Shown here piece after piece: positions 1 to 13,450 of a stretch of DNA of 64,000 nucleotides (positions are counted from its first letter, which is position 1; each line of letters opens with the position of its first letter). The position numbers and the translations under genes were made by a program. Under the pieces are notes generated by a model. That model ran no database searches. It saw only the letters and a list, made by a program, of their open reading frames with translations, and was not told the DNA's origin. The stretch covers positions 372,001-436,000 of the forward strand of contig JAWMAR010000471.1 of assembly GCA_036785375.1 (NCBI GenBank), written 5' to 3'. This DNA is from Leucoraja ocellata (Eukaryota).

Positions 1-1113
1 TTACTGCGCCAGAGACACGGGTATCCTGACTACGGGTACTTGTATGTACAGTTTGTAGGCTCTCGCCGTGACTTGCGAGTGCTTTCTCCGAGATCTTGGG
101 GTTTCGCCCACAATCCAAAGACGTACATGTTTGTAGGTTAAGTGGTTTGTTATAAACACCAACACAATGGAACAGCATCCCTCTACCCATCAGAACAGCC
201 CCCTCCATCAACTCTTTTAAGTCTAGACTGAAAACTTATTTCTACTCTCAAGACTTTCTTGAGGTCCCCTGAGGGAGCGCACCATGTGTGTAGCTCTGTA
301 TGTATTGTTGATCTATGTACAACTATGTGTACCACGTTTAGTACCTGCACTAATGTAAAGCACTTTGCACAACGAGAGTTGTTATTAAATGTGCTATGGA
401 AATAAAATTGACTTGACTTGACTTGATCAATGTAGAATTGTCCCTAGTGTGTGTAGCGTATATTTGATGTGCGGGGATCACTGATAGGTGCGGCCACGGT
501 GGGCCGAAGGGCCAGTTCCCGCGCTGTATCTCTGAACTACACGAATCAAACTCAGTCCCTTGGGTGCTGGCAACATCATCGCAAGTTTTCTCTACACCCT
601 TCCCGCTGGACAACATCTTTCATATGACAAGTGCCCAAAACGGAACGCAATACTCTAAAGGTGGCCTCGCATCCTAACTTGCATCTATCTCGCATCGAAT
701 CCGTTCCTTGTGGTTCGATGTGGGAATGTGGGTCATTTCTAACTCGGAACTAAATTTAAACAGAAAGTACATTTCGCCAGGCCATCCACGTAACCTATAA
801 ATCCCGCATTGACCCGCTCCTCATAGTTCCTTTACATTATGATACCTTAGAGTTCCTCACAAAACCCGAGCCGAGTTTCCCCTGTTACAGCGATGAAGAC
901 GTTTCCATCCGCCACCCAGTCACTACATGCCTAACCTGAAAGAACGCTGACCGAGTCCCAACTGGGGAGGAAGTTGAGGTAGGCGGAAGTCTGCCGCTTC
1001 CCGCCCACCGTTACCCCAGCGCCACCAGCACCAACAGGAGAGGCGAGAACATCCGAAAGCCGCACAGCACCAGGTCGAGGAGAGAATTTCACAAAGGGTT
1101 TTTCACAGGGAAA

Positions 1114-2045
1114 ATGCGCGTACTTGCCATTTGGATTGTGTGGGGAGCATGCCTGATAGGTAAAGTCGCAATAGTTAATCCGGCTACTTACTCCGATGAA
1201 AGGTCGACCATCATTGTGAATGCGAACTGGTCTAATATTTCCCTAAATGTAAATGGAAAGCCGGGTACTATCTAACCGGCATCCATATGCCATGGAGAAA
1301 ATGAATTGGTATAGGTAATGTTTCGTGTCGAGACCCCTCTTCAGGTCACCAATTCCTTTTGCCAAGAGAGGCTGGCAGACCCGCTGTGTTACTCCAGCTT
1401 TTTGTGTCTAACTTCGGTTTACGTCAGCATCTGCAGTTCCTTCCTACCTCTCAGCCGCGGCCATGTTCGATTCACCTCGATATGCAAGGGAACTATGTGA
1501 TGCATATCCACCCCAGTGTCGACATTGGCCTTTGTCTCTGGAACTGATTCGCTACAAGATTAATTATTTTATTCTGCACTAGCTATCTTCCATTTAACTA
1601 TCTATTGCACGTGCGTTTGATCCGGTTGTATTTAAGTATATTGTCAGTTGATGTGTTTGGGTGACATACAATACAAAGGTCCTCCGCGTATTTCGGTGCA
1701 CGCATGAGAAACCTAAACCTAATCCATATATTTTTCAGATCCCAATCATGGAGATACCGTCACACAATCGCTGCCGTCAGCACAGAAGGTGGAAGGAGAG
1801 TCGATAACTTTCAGCTGCACCTATGACACCACAGCAACGAGCTACGAGTTATTTTGGTACCGGCATCATCAGGATTCAAGTCCCGAGTTCATATTGAAGA
1901 AATATTCAAGTGGAGGCGAGAGGAAAGCCGATTTTGCAGGCGATCGCTTCGCTGCCCAGCTCCAGACCGATAGAAAATTAGTCAGTTTAACCCTATCGGG
2001 GCTGGAGCTGAGCGACTCTGCAGTTTATTACTGCGCCTTTCGCCG
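1114..2045 (+). CDS. TCR alpha/delta V gene segment V1 (leader 1114-1159, V exon 1739-2045), intact
   Basis: 46-nt leader MRVLAIWIVWGACLI+G|gtaaag splices in phase 1 to tttttcag|AT, giving DPNHGDTVTQ...ITFSCTYDT...LFWYRH...DSAVYYCAFRR (canonical Cys/Trp/Cys), followed directly by an RSS. Confidence 0.95.
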
Positions 2046-2084
2046 CACAGTGATGAAAACCAGTGAAACCTTCATACAAAAACA
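2046..2084 (+). other. 23-bp-spacer recombination signal sequence of V1
   Basis: CACAGTG + 23 nt + ACAAAAACA. Confidence 0.97.
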
Positions 2085-2897
2085 TCAGCTTCTGCTTTGC
2101 CAGCTGCAGTGAGATACGTCTGCACCGCGCTTGCTGGTTGTAGTTTCCCGCGGTCTGAGAATTCTTCCCAACTCACTCAGTTTCTCTCGAGGGCGGCTTG
2201 CGGTGTGATCGGCGCAGCTGACACCCACCGACTCCCTTTCTGTGCTCCGAGAGATTAAAGAGAGATTAAAACGGACGCTGGTCCGGGAAATGTCTAATAT
2301 CATCGTTAGCTGGGGGGGGGGGGGGGGGGGGGGGGGAACTTGGCATTCCAACAGAAACATTAGTGCGATTATGAATGATAACGAAATTGAAAATGTATCG
2401 CTTATTGGCGACGCCGATCAACATCAGCTTCGTCGTATGTGTGTTCCCTACATTGGCGATATTCGGCTCGATTGGGGAACGCAATGTAGCTCATTGCAGC
2501 TGAGAGCAGTACATCGAGTCAGCAGGATCTCGGAGAAGACCCACGAGGTCACAGCGCGAACCTACACACTCCGCACAAGGAGCACCCGTAGACGGGATCG
2601 ATCCCGTGTCTCCGGCGCTGCAAGTGCTGTAAGGCAGCAACTCTACTGCTGCGCCACCGTGGCCGCCCGGAATTTAATTTGGTTGGGTTGGAATGGTGGG
2701 CAGGATAACTAATTCACGCGAATGCTTTGCAGTTTGGGAGCGCACCGTGAATGTTGGTAAATGAACACAACGCATTTTCGCGGAGAATAATAAAGATAGG
2801 CACCAAGTCAAGAAAGATTTCCACACGCTAAAAAAACCCTTCAAACTAACAAAATGGCCTTCTCCTCCTTGAATAAACTGTGATCTGGTAAATGTTT

Positions 2898-4868
2898 CAG
2901 ATTCAGATTCAGATTCAGATTCAATTTTAATTGTCATTGTCAGTGTACAGTACAGAGACAACGAAATGCATTTAGCATCTCCCTTGAAGAGCGACGTAGC
3001 AAACGATTTGAATAAAAAATAAATAATAAGTGTCCGGGGGGGGGGGGTGATTGGCAGTCACCGAGGTACGTTGTTTAGTAGAGTGACAGCCGCCGGAAAG
3101 ATGCTATTCCTCGACCTGCTGGTTCGGCAACGGAGAGACCTGTAGCGCCTCCCGGATGGTAGGAGGGTAAACAGTCCATGGTTGGGGTGAGAGCAGTCCT
3201 TGGCGATGCTGAGCGCCCTCCGCAGACAGCGCTTGCTTTGGACAGACTCAATGGAGGGGAGCGTGGAACCGGTGATGCGTTGGGCAATTTTCACCACCCT
3301 CTGCAGTGCCTTCCGGTCGGAGACAGAGCAGTTGCCATACCATACTGTGATGCAGTTGGTAAGGATGCTCTCGATTGTGCAGCGGTAGAAGTTCACCAGG
3401 ATCTGAGGAGACAGATGGACCTTCTTCAGTCTCCTCAGGAAGAAGAGACGCTGATGAGCCTTCTTGATCAGAGTAGAGGTATTGTGGGTCCAAGAGAGGT
3501 CATCGGAGATGTTGACTCCCAGGAACCTGAAGCTAGAAACACGTTCCACCTCCGTCCCGTTAATGTGGATGGGGGTGTGCGTGCCACCTCTGGACTTCCT
3601 GAAGTCTACAATGAGCTCCTTGGTCTTCTTGGAGTTAAGGGCCAGGTTGTTGTCAGCGCACCATGCTGCTAAGTGCTGGACCTCCTCCCTGTAGGCCAGC
3701 TCATCGTTGTTGCTGATGAGGCCAATCACCGTTGTATCATCTGCATACTTGATGATGGTGTTAATACCATGTACAGGTGTGCAGTCATAGGTGAAGAGGG
3801 AGTAGAGGAGGGGGCTCAGCACACAGCCCTGAGGAACGCCGGTGTTCAGGGTGAGGGTTGAAGAGGTGTGCTTGTCTAACCTCACAGACTGGGGTATGTT
3901 GGTTAGAAAGTCCAGTATCCAGTTGCAGAGCGAGGGGTCGATGCCCAGGTTACCGAGTTTGGTGATCAGTTTTGATGGAATAATGGTGTTGAATGCTGAG
4001 CTGTAATCGATGAACAGCATTCTTACATAAGTGTCTCTGTTGTCAAGGTGGGAGAGGGCGGAGTGAAGTGCCGTTGAGATGGCATCCTCCGTACTCCTGT
4101 TCTTGCGGTAGGCAAACTGATAGGGATCCAGTGTGGGGGGTAGGCAGCTTTTGAGGTGTGCCAGGACCAGCCTCTCGAAGCACTTGGTGATGATGGGGGT
4201 AAGTGCAACTGGGCGGAAGTCGTTGAGGCTTGCCGCAGTGGAGTGTTTTGGCACTGGCACGATGGAGGTGGCTTTAAGACAAGTGGGGACAACTGCTTGG
4301 GCAAGTGACAGGTTGAAGATGTCAGTCCAGACGTCTGTCAGCTGCGCAGCACAGGCACTGAGCACGCGCCCGGGGATGCCCTCAGGGCCAGCAGCCTTAC
4401 GTGCATTAGTCCTACTCAGTGCCACGTACACGTCGTAGGGGGTGAGTGTGAGGGGTTGGTGATCGGCAGGTAGCACAGCCTTGATGGCTGTCTCTAGATT
4501 GTCCCTGTCGAAGCGGCCATAGAAGTGGTTAAGCTCCTCAAGGAAGGAGGCGTCGCTGGATGTGGGGGTGATGTTGGAGGGTCTGTAGTCCGTGATGGCC
4601 TGGATGCCTTGCCACATGCGTCGGGGGTCGGAGTTGTTGTTGAAGTGCTCCTCAATCCTGAGCTTATGGCAGTGCTTGGCCTTCCTGATGCCCCTCTTCA
4701 GGTTAGCCCTGGATGAACTGTAGGCTCGAGCATCGCCTGACCTGAAAGCGGTGTCCCGTGCTTTCAGCAGTAGTCTGACCTCGCTGTTCATCCATGGCTT
4801 CTGATTCGGGTATATGGTCACCTGTTTGAGGGAGGTGACACTATTGATGGTGGAGTTTATAAAGTTAC
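2898..4868 (-). mobile_element. Rex1/Babar-clade LINE, 5'-truncated, with an uninterrupted 587-aa RT-region ORF (3058-4821)
   Basis: RT motifs GVPQGCVLSPLLYSLFT and YADD; (TCTGAA)n tail; 8-bp target-site duplication AAATGTTT at 2890-2897 and 4869-4876; empty site seen in the paralogous unit near 25300. Confidence 0.92.
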
Positions 4869-6101
4869 AAATGTTTGATGAAGCGAGGGGTGGATCTCAT
4901 CATTGAAACTGGAGATGAACAACCAATGAAATAATTTGCAACAGTTTGAAGTGTGACATATGGTTGTTAAAGTAGAGGAGCGTCTTTGCGTTCAAACCTT
5001 CATCTCAATCTCGGATTTCATGCCTTTCTCTTAGCATCTCCTCTGTGCCATTTTACAAAGGCCTTGCCCACATATCGCCCCTACTCGTGCCTTGACCCTT
5101 ATCCCCTTTCAGCCCCTGACAAAGCTCGATTGCTACAATATTATTATCAGTGGCATTAGTTGTATGTATGTTGTAAGACAATTCATTGAATTAATTGAGA
5201 CATTCTTGTCACTGTTATTTTGAAGAGCGAGCGCCNNNNNNNNNNNNNNNNNNNNNNNNNNNNNNNNNNNNNNNNNNNNNNNNNNNNNNNNNNNNNNNNN
5301 NNNNNNNNNNNNNNNNNNNNNNNNNNNNNNNNNNNNNNNNNNNNNNNNNNNNNNNNNNNNNNNNNNNNNNNNNNNNNNNNNNNNNNNNNNNNNNNNNNNN
5401 NNNNNNNNNNNNNNNNNNNNNNNNNNNNNNNNNNNCACCCGACGTGTTTCACCCCAAGGTCTGCCTCACTGATTATTGTATTCAGATAAAATATACCGTA
5501 GGTCCAACAGTAGCAGTGCCCCCCAAGTTCGTCTCTGTAGATCTGTTATTAGTCGGAGTATTTGGGAAAGAAGCTTGCAGTGTAGTTACCCGATTGACCA
5601 ACTAACCGGGATACACGCCTGTGTACACTTCGATGACCATCCATTCCCTCTATAACAATTAAATACAAGGTTATTCTGCGGATCACTTATTTTCGCAGCT
5701 GAGTCCAGGCAGATCAATAACATTTGGACATTTTAAGACACGACAACATTATCCGGAAAGATATCCACTTTAACGAAGCAATTTTATTTAGGAATGTGAC
5801 TTTATTTGAAATATAGATTATTTCATCGTGCTTATTTCGCTTCCTGATGCAGTAATTAGGGTTCGTGCTAAGCGTTTATTCTGTATATCTGACCCATTCT
5901 ACCAGAACAGCCTTCCAGTCCATTCTTGAAAACAAGTCACGTATGACTAGAGATGCTGGAATGTGCAGCAAATCTAAAATTATGTGTTGGAGGATCTCAG
6001 CGGCGTCTGCCAGACATTGTACCCGATATGGAATGCAAAGCATAGTTCATCACTATATTACTGACCATTATAAATCTAAACCCAATCCATGTGTTTTCCA
6101 G

Positions 6102-6200
6102 ATACCGGACAAGGCGATTCTGTTCACACAAATGCCGCTCTCAGCACGGAGCACAGAAAGTGAGTCGGTGAGTTTCAGCTGCGCCAGTGACACCGCAAGC
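6102..6200 (+). pseudogene. Truncated V relic (FR1 only) opposite V2
   Basis: ttttccag acceptor, then sequence reading GDSV/TQMPLSARSTESESVSFSCASDTAS, homologous to GDTVTQSLPSAQKVEGESVTFSCTYDTA. Confidence 0.7.
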
Positions 6201-6311
6201 CGCCCTCGAGAGAAACTGAGTAAGTTGGGAAGAATTCTCAGGCGGCAGGAAACCACAAACAGCAAGCGCGGTGCAGACGTATCAAGCTGCAGCAGGCAAA
6301 GCAGAAGCTAA

Positions 6312-6350
6312 TGTTTTTGTATGAAGGTTTAACTGGTTTCCATCACTGTG
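6312..6350 (-). other. 23-RSS of V2
   Basis: reverse complement CACAGTG-23-ACAAAAACA. Confidence 0.95.
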
Positions 6351-7408
6351 AGGCTAAAGGCGCAGTAATAAACTGCAGAGTCGCTCAGCCTCCAGCCCCG
6401 AAAGGGTTAACTGACTAATTTTCTATCGGTCTGGAGCTGGGAAGAGAAGCGATCGTCTGCAAAATTCGGCTTTCTTCTCGCTTCCACTTGAATATTTATA
6501 CAGTATGAACTCGGGCCTTGAGTCCTGATGATGCCGGTACCAAAATAAGAAGTAGTACGTTTCTGCGGTATCATAGGTGCCAGCTGAAAGTCATCGACTC
6601 TCCTTCTACCTTCTGTGCTGACGGCAGCGATTGTGTGACGGTGTCTCCATGATTGGGATCTGAAAAATATATGGATTAGGTTTAGGTTTGTCATGCGTGC
6701 ACCGAAATACGCGGAAGATCTTTGTATTACATGTCACCCAAACACATCAACTGATAATATACTTAAATATAATCAGATCAAACGCACGTGCAATAGATAG
6801 TTAAAGGGAAGATGGCGAGTGCAGAATAAAATAATTATTATTGTAGCGAATCAGTTCCAGAGACAAAGGCCAATGTCGACACTATGGGTAGATATGTATC
6901 GCATTTTCCTCTACATATACGAGGTGAATCGAGCATTGCCGCGTCTTATAAGTAGGAATGCACTACAGATGCTGAATTAAACCGAAGTTAGACAATGTCG
7001 ACACTATGGGTAGATATGCACCGCATAGTTCCCTTGCATATCGAGGTGAATCGAATATGGCCGCGGCTGAGAGGTAGTAAGCAACTGTGCAGATGCTGAC
7101 TTAAACCGAAGTTAGACACAAAAAGCTGGAGTAACTCAGCGGGCCATCCTGCCTCTCTTGACAAAAGGAATAGGTGACCTGAAGAAGGATCTCGACCCAG
7201 AAACATTACCTGTACCAATTCATTTTCTCTATGGTATATGGGATGGCGATTAGATAGTACCCGGCTTTCCATTTACATGTAGGGAAAGATTAGACCGGTT
7301 TCGCATTCACAATGATGGTCGACCTTTCATCGGAGTAAGTAGCCGATTAACTTGCGACTTTACCTATCAGGCATGCTCCCACACAATCCAAATGGCAAAT
7401 ACGCGCAT
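6351..7408 (-). pseudogene. TCR V gene segment V2, inverted (leader 7408-7364, V exon 6659-6351); frameshifted as assembled
   Basis: Same family as V1; four single-base indels in the V exon and one in the leader, all lengthening or shortening base runs, so it may be an intact gene with sequencing errors. Confidence 0.85.
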
Positions 7409-8237
7409 TTTCCTGTGAAAAACTCTCTGTGAAATTCTCTCCTCGATCTGGTGCTGTGCGGCTTCGGATGTTCTCGCCTCTCCTGCTGGTGCTGGTGGCG
7501 CTGTGGTAACGGTGGCGGGAAGTGACTGCCTTCCGCCTACCTCAACTTCCTCCCCAGTTGGGACTCGGTCAGCGTTCTTTCAGGCTAAGCAAGTAGTGAC
7601 TGGGTGGGGGGAGGAAACGTCGTCATCGCTGTAACAGGGGAAACTCGGCTCGGCTTTTGTGAGGAACTCTAAGGTATCATAATGTAAAGGAACTGTGAGG
7701 GTGCGGGTCAATGATGGGTTGATATGTTACGTTGATGGCCTGGCGAAATGTACCTTCCGTTTAAATTTATCTCCGAGTTAGAAATTTTCCCCATTCCAAC
7801 ATCGAACCGCATGGAACGGATTCGATGCGAGACAGATGCAAGTTAGGATGCGAGGCCACCTTTAGAGTATTGCGTTCCGTTTTGGGCACTTGTAATATGA
7901 AACATGTTGTCAAGCAGGAAAGGGTGCAGAGAATACTTGGGATGATCCACTCTGTACTCACAGTCACTTGATTCTGCGGCTGGCACGGACACTTTAACAA
8001 CTGGCACTGGCCACTCAAATCAGCTGCCCCGGACATTTTTATGATTGGTTTATTGTATTTTAACGTTGTGTTTTACCTGCTTTTAACTATTTATACTGTT
8101 CCATCAGGGACTGGATTGTTTTTCGTGTTACTGTGTGTGAAATGTTTTAAATTTCATGTGCGATGCGCCGCTATTCCCTGGGAAACGTCTTTTCATTTTG
8201 CACTGTACAACTGTTCCTTGCAAGATGACAATAAAGG

Positions 8238-8283
<46 letters not shown>

Positions 8284-8714
8284 TGCCAGCACCCAAGGGA
8301 ATGAGTTTTGTTTAGTGTAGTTCAGAGATAGAGCGCGGAAACGGGCCCTTCGGCCTACCGAGTCCGCACCTACCAGTGATCCCCGCACATTAACAATAAC
8401 CAAACTAGGGACAATTTTACATTGATAATAAGTCAATTAACCTACAAACATGGACGCCTTTGGAGTGTGGGCGGAAAACCGAGATCTCGGAGAAAACCCA
8501 CGCAAACTGTGTACAGACAATGGTTCATATAAAAGCCCCACCACACACGCAGACACCTTCAAACTGTTTCCTCTGGTTCTCTATTCCCCTATACGGGGCA
8601 AGTGACTCTGTGCATTTACCAGATCTACTGCTCTCACGATTTTGGACACCCTTCACCCCCCTGCGCATCATGGAATAGTCCTAGCCACCTCATCCTCACC
8701 ATGTAGCTCAGTGG

Positions 8715-8900
8715 CACGGCGGCACGGTGACGTAACGGTATAGCTACTTCCTTACTGCGCCAGAGACACGGGTACCCTGACTACGGGTGCTTGTATGTAC
8801 AATTTGTAGACTCTCGTCGTGACTTGCAAAGGCTTTCTCCGAGATCTTGGGGTTTCGCCCACAATCCAAAGACGTACATGTTTGTAGGTTAAGTGGCTTG
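8715..8900 (+). mobile_element. tRNA-derived SINE (HE1/V-SINE-like); further copies near 1-140, 2520-2670(-), 16325, 21950, 24930-25080(-), 46490-46795
   Basis: GGCGGCACGGTGnCGyArCGGTA...GCCAGAGAC.CGGG...CTGACTACGGGTGC head recurring through the window. Confidence 0.7.
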
Positions 8901-9809
8901 TTATAAATACCAACACAATGGAACAGCATCCCTCTTCCCACCAGAACAGCCCCCTCCATCAACTCTTTTAAGTCTAGACTGAAAACCTATTTCTACTCTC
9001 AAGCCTTTCTTGAGGTCCCCTGAGGGAGCGCTGCATGTGTGTACTTCTGTATGTATTGTTAAACTCTGTACAACTGTTTGTATCGCGTTTAGTACCTGCA
9101 CTAATATAAAGCTCTTTGCATAACGAGAGTTGTTATTAAATGTGCTATAGAAATAAAATTGACTTGACTTGATCAATGTAAAATTGTCCCTGGGGTGTGT
9201 AGGGTATTGTTGATGTGCGGGGATCACTGATAGGTGCGGACACGGTGGGCCGAAGGGCCAGTTTCCGCGCTGTATCTCTGAACTACACGAATCAAACTCA
9301 GTCCCTTGGGTGCTGGCAACATCATCGCACGTTTTCTCCTCACCCTTCCCTGCTGGACAACATATTTCATATGACACGTGCCCAAAACGGAACGCAATAC
9401 TCTAAAGGTGGCCTCGCATCCTAACTTGCATCTATCTCGCAGCGAATCCGTTCCTTGCGGTTCGACATTTCGCCAGGCCATCAACGTAACCTATAAATCC
9501 CGCATTGACCCGCTCCTCATAGTTCCTTTACATTATGATACCTTGGAGTTCTTCACAAAAGCCGAGCCGAGTTTCCCCTGTTACAGCGATGAAGACGTTT
9601 CCTTCCCCCACCCAGTCACTACATGCCGAACCTGAAAGAACGCTGACCGAGTCCCAACTGGGGAGGAAGTTGAGGCAGGCGGAAGTCAGTCGCTTCCCGC
9701 CCACCGTTGCCCCAGCGCTACCAGCACCAGCAGGAGAGGCGAGAACATCCGAAAGCCGCACAGCACCAGGTCGAGGAAGGAAGTTCACAAATAAATTTTC
9801 ACAGGGAAA

Positions 9810-10707
9810 ATGCGCGTATTTGCCATTTGGATTATGTGGGGAGCATGCCTGATAGGTAAAGTCGCAGCAGTTAATCCGGCTACTTACTCCGAAGAAAGGT
9901 CGACCATCATTGTGAATGCGAACCGGTCTAATCTTTCCCTACATGTAAATGGAACGCCGGGTACTATCTAACCGCCAATGTTTCGGGTCGAGATTCTTCT
10001 TCAGGTCACCAATTCTTTTTGTCAAGAGAGGCTGGCTGACCCGCTGAGTTACTCCAGCTTTTCGTGTCTAACTTCGGTTTAAGTCAGCATCTGCAGTTAC
10101 TTCCCACCTCACAGCCGCGGCCATGTTCGATTCACGTCGATATGCAAGGGAACTATGCGATGCATATCCACCCCAGTGTCGACATTGGCCTTTATCTCTG
10201 GAACTGATGCGCTACAATAATAATAACTTTATTCTGCACTCGCTATCTTCCCTATGTCTATCTATTGAGCGTGCGTTTGATATGATTGTATTTATGTATA
10301 TTATCAGTTGATGTGTTTGGGTGACATGTAATACAAAGCACTTCCGCGTATTTCGGTGCACGCATGACAAACCTAAACCTAATCCATATATTGTTTTCAG
10401 ATCCCAATCATGGAGATACCGTCACACAATCGCTGCCGTCAGCACAAAAGGTAGAAGGAGAGTCGGTGACTTTCAGCTGCACCTATGATACCGCAGCAAC
10501 GAGCTACTTCTTATTTTGGTACCGGCATCATCAGGACTCAAGGCCCGAGTTCATACTGTGGAAACATTCAGGAGGAAACGAGAAGAAAAACGATTTTGCA
10601 GGCGCTCGCTTCTCTTACCAGCTCCAGACCAATAGAAAATCAGTCAGTTTAACCCTTTCGGGGCTGGAGCTGAGCGACTCTGCAGTTTATTACTGCGCCT
10701 TTAGCCG
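9810..10707 (+). CDS. TCR alpha/delta V gene segment V3 (leader 9810-9855, V exon 10401-10707), intact
   Basis: Leader MRVFAIWIMWGACLI; open V exon ending DSAVYYCAFSR; RSS follows. Confidence 0.95.
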
Positions 10708-10746
10708 CACAGTGATGGAAACTAGTGAAACCTTCCTACAAAAACA
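10708..10746 (+). other. 23-RSS of V3
   Basis: CACAGTG-23-ACAAAAACA. Confidence 0.97.
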
Positions 10747-10834
10747 TCAGCTTCTGCTTCTGCACCGCGCTTGCTGGTTGTGGTTTCTCGCCGCCTGAGA
10801 ATTATTCCCAACTTACTCAGTTTCTCTCGAGGGC

Positions 10835-10934
10835 GGCTTGCGGTGTCATCGGCGCAGCTGAAACCCACCGACTCCCTTTCTGTGCTCCGTGCTGAGGGCG
10901 GCATCTATGGTAACAGAATCGTCATGTCTGGTGT
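10835..10934 (-). pseudogene. Truncated inverted V relic behind V3
   Basis: Minus strand reads MPPSARSTERESVGFSCADDTAS (FR1 homolog); acceptor mutated. Confidence 0.7.
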
Positions 10935-11002
10935 CCGGAAAACACATGGATTGGGTTTAGATTTATAATGGTCAGAGATATAGTGATGAACTATGCTTTA
11001 CA

Positions 11003-13450
11003 CCTCTTCCCTTCTCCGACACCTCGCCCCCGCTTCCTCCGAGAAATCACCTTCCGTAATCTAAAATCCATTGATCCCCACCATCTTTCTGACCTGTTCT
11101 CCACCACTGTCCCCCTGGACTCAACCCATATCTCACCTGATGATCTCACAAACCATCTCAACTCCACCTTGTCTACCTCCCTTAACACTATGGCCCCCCT
11201 CAAAACAAGAACCGTAACTATCAACACATCTTCACCCTGGTACACACCTGCACACAAACTGCAACAGACTGGTCTCCGACTTGAACGACTCACAAATAAA
11301 TCATCACTCACAGTCCACCTTGAAGCTTACAAACTCCACCTCACTGACTACAAAGATGCCCTTATTGCTGTAAAATCTGCCTACCTCTCCTCCATATTCA
11401 CCGATCCCTGCCTAAACCACAGAACCCTCTTCTCCACAGTGGGCAACCTCCTCAAGCCTCGAGCCAACACTCTCCCTCCCTCTATTGCGGATCTCTGCAA
11501 CTCATGCCTCCACTTTTGCGTTGATAAAATCAGCACCATCTATCAATCTTTATCCCCTGTACCCGACTCCCCAGCATCTACTCCACCACCTACCAAGGCC
11601 TCTCCTTACAACATCTCCACTGACCTCCTTACCCCTCCTCCACACTGCTTCCTCTCCCAGTTGGTCCTGGTCTCTGGGATTGAAATCTCCAAACTCATCA
11701 GCTCTTCCAAACCCACTACCTGCTCCCTCGACCTTCTCCCCACTCCCCTGCTGAAGTCCTGCCTCCCCGTTCTCTGCCCCTACCTCACTAATCTCTTCAA
11801 CTCCTCATTGTCCCAAGGAATTGTCTCCTCCGCTTTCAAAACTGCTGCTGTCACACCAATCTTAAAGAAACCTGGTCTTGATCCCTCCTCTCTCATTAAC
11901 TACCGCCCAATCTCAAACCTCCCCTTTCTTTCAAAAACCCTGGAGCGTATCGTTGCGTTGCAACTTAATTCTCACCTCCTTGCGTATAACCTACTTGAAC
12001 CCCTCCAATCTGGCTTTCGCCCCCTCCATAGCACAGAAACTGCTCTACTCAAAGTCCTCAACGACCTCCTTACCTCTTCTGACACTGGTCCCCTCAACAT
12101 CCTCATCCTTCTTGACCTGAGCGCAGCCTTCGATATAGTGAACCATAACATCCTGCTCACCAGACTCAAAGACCTCGGCATTGAAGGCTCTGCACTCAGC
12201 TGGCTCCGTTCCTACCTTTCCAACAGATCCCACTTCATCTCTCTCCACAACCACACATCTGCTACAGCCACAGTCACCCAAGGCGTTCCCCAAGGCTCCG
12301 TACTCGGCCTACTCCTCTTCATCATATACATCCTCCCCCTTGGTCAGATACTTCGCCACTTCAATCTGGACTTCCACTGTGGCGCTGATGACACCCAGAT
12401 CTACCTCGGCACCAAATCCCCCCACAACCCCCCCCCCCCCCCCCCCCCTCTCCCATATCAACTCCTGTTTGTCAGCTATAAAAACCTGGATGCGACGTAA
12501 CTTCCTCAAACTCAACAGCGATAAGACAGAATTCCTCCTCATAGGCTCCAAAGCCACACTCAGCAAAATCAATAACCCCACTCTCACCATCGACGGCACC
12601 ACTGTCTCCCCATCTCCACAGGCCCGGAACCTTGGCGTGATCTTTGATTCCACCCTCTCCCTTGAGCCTCACATCCGCCATGCCATTAAAACCTCCTTCT
12701 TTCATCTCCGCAACATCACCAATCTCAGACCCTCTCTCACACCTCCCGCTGCTGAAAGACTCATCCATGCCTTCATCTCCTCCCGACTGGACTATTGCAA
12801 CTCACGTCTCCTTGGCATCAGCTCCACCTACATCAACCGACTCCAACTGGTCCAGAATGCAGCCGCCCGACTCATCACCCACACCAAATCCTGGCATCAC
12901 ATCACTCCAGTCCTCAAACAACTTCACTGGCTTCCCATCTCCCACCAGATCACCTACAAAATTCTGATCTTCACCTACAGAGCCCTCCACCATCTGCCCC
13001 CCCCCCCCCCATATCTCACTGACCTCCACCCCCCCTACCAACCCTCACGGTCCCTCAGATCCACATCAGCCGGTGTCCTCTACATCCACGTCCAACCTCC
13101 GCAGTTTTGGGGACAGGGCCTTCTCCAGGGCAGCTCCTAGGCTCTGGAACTCCCTCCCCCAACTGATCCGCAATTCCGTGTCCCTCACCATCTTCCAGTC
13201 CCACCTCAAGACCCATCTCTTTACCTCTGCCTATCCTTTGCCTCACGTCCCCCTCCCTTTTCATCTGTGCATTAATTGCCTCATATTGTGTCTTGAATTT
13301 GAATTCTGTCTTTACTTTGTGTACTAGTCATGTCTCTACTATTTATTTCATCCCCTTACATGTTTTTCCTCTACCTGCTAAATTTTGTAAGGTGTCCTTG
13401 AGACTCTTGAAAGGCGCCCATAAATAAAATTTATTATTATTATTATTATT
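11003..13450 (+). mobile_element. L2-clade LINE, 5'-truncated, frameshifted ORF2
   Basis: NYRPISNLPFLSK, QSGFR..HSTETAL, GVPQGSVLG and xADDTQIY motifs; (TTA)n tail at about 13432-13450. Confidence 0.9.

Noticed and set aside
836-870. ACAAAACCC nonamer-like word upstream of the V promoters
   Set aside because: No heptamer at 12 or 23 nt spacing
9535-9852. Recurrent ORF MKTFPSPTQSLHAEPERTLTESQLGRKLR... upstream of each leader
   Set aside because: Broken by stops or indels in several copies and out of frame with the leader; its recurrence reflects duplication of the promoter region
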